The notes under the pieces: model-generated | The model's input: the letters and a program-made list of their open reading frames with translations, nothing else | Database searches by the model: none | Told to the model about the DNA's origin: nothing | Shown here: positions 14,840-18,415 of the stretch, one piece after another | How the letters are laid out: every line of letters begins with the position of its first letter | How positions within the stretch are numbered: the stretch's first letter is position 1 | Position numbers and translations under genes: made by a program | Source: a plasmid | Sequence record: CP014066.2 | Strand: one strand, 5' to 3' | DNA: 18,415 bases

Positions 14840-15147
14840 TTGGCCTGCCTATTACCAGCAATAAATTTATAGGAAAGACATTAAAGGCAAACCTTACAGG
14901 TTTAGGGGGGGGGCGATTTCACGAACCAGGGGGGGGGCGATTTCACGTGGATAAGCCACCCAAGGGGGGGGCGATTTCACGAACCAGGGGGGGGCGATTT
15001 CACGTGGATAAGTGCGGCTATCCACAGGGTTTGTCCCCAGTTCAGGGCCTGGCCGAGGGGTGTGTGCCTGGTCAGCCCTGAAACGACGCGGCCGCCTCGA
15101 TCTCGGGGCGGCCGGTGCGGTGCTGTAAGGGGGGGGGCGATTTCACG
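14840..15147. repeat. oriV: oriV candidate. AT-rich tract 14840..14895, then five direct iterons G(8-9)CGATTTCACG at 14896..14913, 14919..14937, 14954..14971, 14977..14994 and 15129..15147. DnaA-box-like sequences lie at 14936..14945 and 15003..15012 (CGTGGATAAG, i.e. TTATCCACG on the minus strand) and 15019..15026 (TATCCACA)
   Basis: Repeats read directly, spaced ~23 bp apart in pairs. Adjacent to the 3' end of the rep gene. Confidence 0.75.
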
Positions 15148-15149
15148 AA

Positions 15150-15161
15150 GTTTAGCTAAAC
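15150..15161. promoter_or_regulatory. KorA-operator-type 12-bp palindrome GTTTAGCTAAAC (OA-like), overlapping the rep stop codon and abutting iteron 5
   Basis: Exact match to the RK2 OA consensus. Single copy in the window. Confidence 0.6.
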
Positions 15162-16166
15162 CGTGGGGCCGCCCTTGTAGGGGATGGGCGGTGGCGAGCC
15201 GATCAGCAGCACGCCGCCGGTGACAGGCTTCACCCTCGCTTGCGGATAGACGGCCAGCACCTTCTTGAGCGCCGGCAAAAACTCCTTCTTGAAGTCCTTG
15301 TCGGGGTCTTTGCCTCGGTACTCCTGGGCGAACTGCTCGCGCAGCGCCTTCCAGTGCAACGTCACACCTCGGCCTTCGATGCGGTGCAGTCGGTGGGCCA
15401 GCCACGCATACACGTCCAGGGCCAGCGCGGAACCTTTCAGGGCGTGCAGAGCGCGATTGTCCAGCGGCACGGCGCTTTCGATCAGGGAGCCGTAGTAGTC
15501 CTCTGACAGCACCATGACGCCGGGCCATAGGGCGCGCTGCTGCGTGTCCTTGTTCGACACCCAGGCGTCGAATTGCTGCACCGGCTGGCCGTTGTAGGTG
15601 CGCCCCTTGAACCCGAGTTGCAGGCGAGCGGCGGCAAGGGCGTGCATCTGCTTCCGTAGCGTCGTGTAGCGGCGGCCGTCGCTCTCCATCCCCATCAGCC
15701 GCAGGAACTCGGCGGCACTGTCGCCGATGGGAATCTCCCGCTCCTTGTTGCGCACGGCGAAGGTGGAAACCCACGCCAGACCAAGCCGGGGCATGACGCC
15801 ATAGGGGATAGGTTGCAGCACCGGCCCCTTCCCTTCGTCCAGATAGCCGGCCTGGACATTGACCCAGGCCGCGCCGGACTGTCGCATGAACTCACGGCCT
15901 TCGACCTTGGCGCGAGGCAAACCGACCTGGCACAGCACCGCATGAGTGAAAGCCATGTCCTCGCCGGCCGGCGGGGTGGTGGCAATCTCCGCGCTGGCCT
16001 CGATCAGCTTCTGGTCGGCCCCGGTCAAGATGAGGCCGGCCGGCGTGATCTTCTTGGTTTGGCGCTTCGGCGGCGGCAATGCTGCCTTGGCCTGCGCCTG
16101 GGCCACCAGGTCGCCCATGATCTCGCCGATCTGCTGCGCGCCCTGCCCTTCTCGCTTCTTGGTCAT
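15156..16166 (-). CDS. trfA: Plasmid replication initiator, TrfA-family (probable), 336 aa
   Basis: Balanced, protein-like composition in contrast to the overlapping junk ORFs. Adjacent to the iterons. RBS GGAGGG. Recognised as TrfA-like from memory, not from a computed alignment. Confidence 0.65.
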   Translation of the reverse strand: MTKKREGQGAQQIGEIMGDLVAQAQAKAALPPPKRQTKKITPAGLILTGADQKLIEASAEIATTPPAGEDMAFTHAVLCQVGLPRAKVEGREFMRQSGAAWVNVQAGYLDEGKGPVLQPIPYGVMPRLGLAWVSTFAVRNKEREIPIGDSAAEFLRLMGMESDGRRYTTLRKQMHALAAARLQLGFKGRTYNGQPVQQFDAWVSNKDTQQRALWPGVMVLSEDYYGSLIESAVPLDNRALHALKGSALALDVYAWLAHRLHRIEGRGVTLHWKALREQFAQEYRGKDPDKDFKKEFLPALKKVLAVYPQARVKPVTGGVLLIGSPPPIPYKGGPTV

Positions 16167-16180
16167 GCTGGTGGCCCTCC

Positions 16181-16193
16181 TTTAGCGGCTAAA
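16181..16193. promoter_or_regulatory. KorB-operator-type palindrome TTTAGCGGCTAAA (OB-like site 3), 2 bp upstream of the rep RBS in the 29-bp parG-rep intergenic gap
   Basis: Exact 13-mer. Confidence 0.7.
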
Positions 16194-16195
16194 AG

Positions 16196-16447
16196 TCAAT
16201 GGCCGTGCCGCTTCTCGTACTCATCGAAGGCCAAGCGCAGCAGCTCGTTCAGCTTGAGGTCGTGATTGGCTGCGAACACGCGGAAGCGGCGGCGAAGGTC
16301 GGCCGACACGCGAAAGTTCAGCGGCACATTGTTGGCCTCTGCTTCCTCGGCCGGCGCTGCGCTGCGGGCTGGCACGTTGGCAACTGGCGCGGCCTGGCCC
16401 TTGGTTGCGACCAGGCCGGAAAGGTCGGCGGGTTTCTTGGCTGCCAT
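16196..16447 (-). CDS. Small RHH centromere-binding-type partition protein (ParG/ParB-small-like), 83 aa
   Basis: C-terminal RHH signature NVPLNFRVSADLRRRFRVFAANHDLKLNELLRLAFDEY. Immediately follows parA (stop and start adjacent). Confidence 0.6.
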   Translation of the reverse strand: MAAKKPADLSGLVATKGQAAPVANVPARSAAPAEEAEANNVPLNFRVSADLRRRFRVFAANHDLKLNELLRLAFDEYEKRHGH

Positions 16448-17098
16448 TTATACGGTTTCCTTCTTTTTGGTTTTCGTCTTTACGTGCAAGCGTTCAAGCA
16501 CGAAAGACAATAATTGTCGCATTTCCTCGGCGCTTCGGCTCTTGGCGTCTGTCTCGCTCACTGTGCGGCCATCGACCATCGAGGCCGCGTAATCCACGCG
16601 GTCATGCACGATTGCCGGAGCCACGGCCCCATGCGCTGACAGGGCGGCGACGGCCTGCACGGTCAGCCTGGCGGTCGGCTTGGCCTGGGTGACGGCAAAG
16701 GCGAACGGCCGGCCGGCTTCCTGAGCAATATCCACGGTGCTGCCAACAGCGCGCAGGTCGTGCGGGCTGGGCCTCGTCGGGATCAGCACCAGGTCGGCCA
16801 GCTTCACCACGTCGCGGATGGCGGCCGTAATCGCCGGCGGCGTGTCGATGACGGCCAGCTTGAACCCTGCCGCTGCCAGGCCCTCTAGCTTCGTCGCCAG
16901 CTCGGCCAGGCTGGCCGATGCCAGCGCGGGCGTATCGGCCTCGCGCGAGTTCCACCAGGCCGACAGCGAGCCTTGCGGGTCGGTGTCGATCAGGACTGCC
17001 GGCCCTGCGCCCTCCTGCTCGGCTGTGACGGCCAGGTGAGCGGCAAGGGTAGTCTTGCCCGCGCCGCCCTTCTGGCTTGCTATGACGATGGTTTTCAT
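16448..17098 (-). CDS. parA: ParA-family partition ATPase (small type Ib), 216 aa
   Basis: Deviant Walker A KGGAGKTT at the N-terminus (MKTIVIASQKGGAGKTTLAAHLAV). Confidence 0.85.
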   Translation of the reverse strand: MKTIVIASQKGGAGKTTLAAHLAVTAEQEGAGPAVLIDTDPQGSLSAWWNSREADTPALASASLAELATKLEGLAAAGFKLAVIDTPPAITAAIRDVVKLADLVLIPTRPSPHDLRAVGSTVDIAQEAGRPFAFAVTQAKPTARLTVQAVAALSAHGAVAPAIVHDRVDYAASMVDGRTVSETDAKSRSAEEMRQLLSFVLERLHVKTKTKKKETV

Positions 17099-17135
17099 TC
17101 TGCTTTGCGTGCCTCCGAGCTAAGACAATATGGCA

Positions 17136-17163
17136 ATTATACGCCATTAACGCATAGCAGCAA
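17136..17163 (-). promoter_or_regulatory. Sigma70-type promoter on the minus strand: -35 TTGCTG, 16-bp spacer, -10 TATAAT. Apparently the sole promoter for the parA-parG-rep operon
   Basis: Perfect -10. An OB-like site lies 27 bp upstream of the -35. Confidence 0.55.
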
Positions 17164-17189
17164 GCACAAAAGCACGCAAAGCAGATAAT

Positions 17190-17202
17190 TTTAGCCGCTA
17201 AA
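17190..17202. promoter_or_regulatory. KorB-operator-type palindrome TTTAGCCGCTAAA (OB-like site 4), overlapping the resolvase stop codon and upstream of the parA promoter
   Basis: Exact 13-mer. Confidence 0.7.
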
Positions 17203-18106
17203 GTTTGCGCCGCCGCGCCCGCTCGGTGTCTGCCAGGTCGCCGGGCCACGTCGCCAGCTCGTCATCGGTGAGGCCCGCCAGGATTTGCGGCAGGTTTTGG
17301 GTTCGGTACGGGGGCATCGGCAGATCAGCGGCCGGGCCTTCATCATCATCTAGGAAAGCCGGCTCGGGCAGCTCGGCCGCGCCCTGCTCCACGTCGGCCG
17401 CCTCGCCGGCGTCGGCCTCGGTCAATGCGTCCTCCACGAAAGCGCCATGCCTGGCCGCCTCGGCCTGGCTCATGTCACGGCTGGCCCATATCCGTTTGAC
17501 CTGGGCCACGCTGCACCCGGCCAGCTTGGCCGTCTCCGCGATGCTCTGGCCGATGCTGCGCAACGCGATCACCTGGGCGCGTAGCTTCGGATCGGCCCGC
17601 CGTCCCTTGTAGCGGCCGTCCCGCTTCGCCAGCTCGATGCCCTGGCGCTGCCGCTCGCGCCTGTCCTCGTAGTCGTCGCGGGCCATCTGTAGGGCCAGCT
17701 TCAAAAGCATGTCCTGGACGGATTCCAGGACGATCTTGGCGACGCCCTGGGCCTCGGCCGCCAGGTCGGATAGATCGACCACGCCAGGGACGGCCAGGCG
17801 CGCACCCTTGGCCCGGATCGAGGCCACCAGGCGCTCGGCCTCGGGCAAGGGTAGGCGGCTGATGCGGTCGATCTTCTCGGCAATGACCACCTCGCCCGGT
17901 TGCAGGTCGGCCACCATGCGCAGCAGCTCGGGCCGGTCAGCGCGTGCGCCGCTGGCTTTCTCGCGGTAGATGCCGGCCACGTAGTACCCGGCGGCCTTCG
18001 CGGCCGTGATGATCCCTTCCTGGCGTTCAAGGTCTTGCGCGTCGGTGCTGACGCGCAGATAGACCCGCGCCACCATCGGCGCGGCTGCTGGCTTCGTCCT
18101 GCTCAT
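17198..18106 (-). CDS. Serine recombinase (resolvase family) with an acidic C-terminal extension. Start chosen at the ATG preceded by AAGGAG (an alternative upstream ATG lies at 18124)
   Basis: N-terminal catalytic motif VARVYLRVSTDAQDLERQ. Occupies the position of RK2 ParA resolvase, divergent from the ParE-type TA operon. Confidence 0.8.
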   Translation of the reverse strand: MSRTKPAAAPMVARVYLRVSTDAQDLERQEGIITAAKAAGYYVAGIYREKASGARADRPELLRMVADLQPGEVVIAEKIDRISRLPLPEAERLVASIRAKGARLAVPGVVDLSDLAAEAQGVAKIVLESVQDMLLKLALQMARDDYEDRRERQRQGIELAKRDGRYKGRRADPKLRAQVIALRSIGQSIAETAKLAGCSVAQVKRIWASRDMSQAEAARHGAFVEDALTEADAGEAADVEQGAAELPEPAFLDDDEGPAADLPMPPYRTQNLPQILAGLTDDELATWPGDLADTERARRRKL

Positions 18107-18180
18107 GCTGGCTCCTTTGGGCATACCTGAATGCGCCTATCGTAGCCCGGCAGGCTCATTTATCAAAGCACGATCTATAT

Positions 18181-18205
18181 TGTCGTTTTCAGAAGACGGC
18201 TGCAC
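18181..18205 (+). repeat. IRi, 25-bp terminal inverted repeat at the intI1 end of the integron (TGTCGTTTTCAGAAGACGGCTGCAC)
   Basis: Exact 25-mer. Partner of IRt (23/25 identical in inverted orientation). Confidence 0.9.
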
Positions 18206-18382
18206 TGAACGTCAGAAGCCGACTGCACTATAGCAGCGGAGGGGTTGGATCCATCAGGCAACGACGGGCTGCTGCCGGCCATCAGCGGACGCAGGGAGGA
18301 CTTTCCGCAACCGGCCGTTCGATGCGGCACCGATGGCCTTCGCGCAGGGGTAGTGAATCCGCCAGGATTGACTTGCGCTGCC

Positions 18383-18415
18383 CTACCTCTCACTAGTGAG
18401 GGGCGGCAGCGCATC
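18383..18415 (-). CDS. intI1: intI1 3' end (10 codons DALPPLTSER plus TAG), in frame with 1..981 if the window is circular
   Basis: The reverse complement of 18383..18415 reads GATGCGCTGCCGCCCCTCACTAGTGAGAGGTAG. Frame continuity gives 1,014 nt = 337 aa plus stop. Confidence 0.8.
   Translation of the reverse strand, partial: DALPPLTSER

Noticed and set aside
14896-15147. G8-9 homopolymer runs as possible sequencing artefacts
   Set aside because: Five copies share the same conserved 10-bp tail (CGATTTCACG) at regular spacing, so they are genuine iterons. Only the exact G count (8 versus 9) might be affected by homopolymer error.
14977-15774. 265-aa minus-strand ORF overlapping rep in another frame
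   Set aside because: Arg/Pro/Ala-rich. The in-frame 336-aa ORF 15156..16166 has normal composition and sits next to the iterons.
18175-18414. 79-aa minus-strand ORF across the IRi-intI1 spacer
   Set aside because: Lies in the well-known noncoding end of the 5'-CS. The real intI1 stop is at 18383..18385 in a different frame.

Overview
The 18,415-bp window looks like a complete circular plasmid that was linearised inside intI1. The last 33 nt (18383..18415) and the first 981 nt together give an intact 1,014-nt intI1, and the end/start junction rebuilds the canonical class 1 integron 5'-CS. The window has two parts. (i) A ~5.2-kb In4-like class 1 integron runs from IRi across the window boundary through intI1, a weak Pc promoter, attI1, a single aadB cassette, qacEdelta1, sul1, orf5, an orf6 remnant and IS6100 to IRt. 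(ii) A ~13.2-kb high-GC (~65%) IncP-1-like mini backbone. It carries a TrfA-family rep gene beside 5 G-rich iterons, DnaA boxes and an AT-rich tract (oriV). It also carries parA plus a small ribbon-helix-helix (RHH) partner (apparently co-transcribed with rep), a serine resolvase, kfrA, an RP4-like relaxosome module (traJ-traI, oriT, traK), a trbJ-trbK-trbL remnant, and a ParE/RelE-type toxin-antitoxin (TA) operon with two extra genes. The integron lies between the resolvase gene and the divergent TA operon, which is the res/par target typical of Tn402-family elements. No coupling protein, no other mating-pair-formation genes and no korA/korB are present. Even so, four perfect KorB-operator-type palindromes and one KorA-operator-type palindrome sit at promoters and at the rep/oriV junction, and an RK2-type iteron inverted repeat lies apart from the plasmid's own iterons. 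The replicon therefore looks like a helper-dependent mobilisable plasmid built to exploit, and possibly be regulated by, a co-resident IncP-1 plasmid. All similarity statements are from memory of RP4/RK2 and class 1 integron sequences, not from computed searches.
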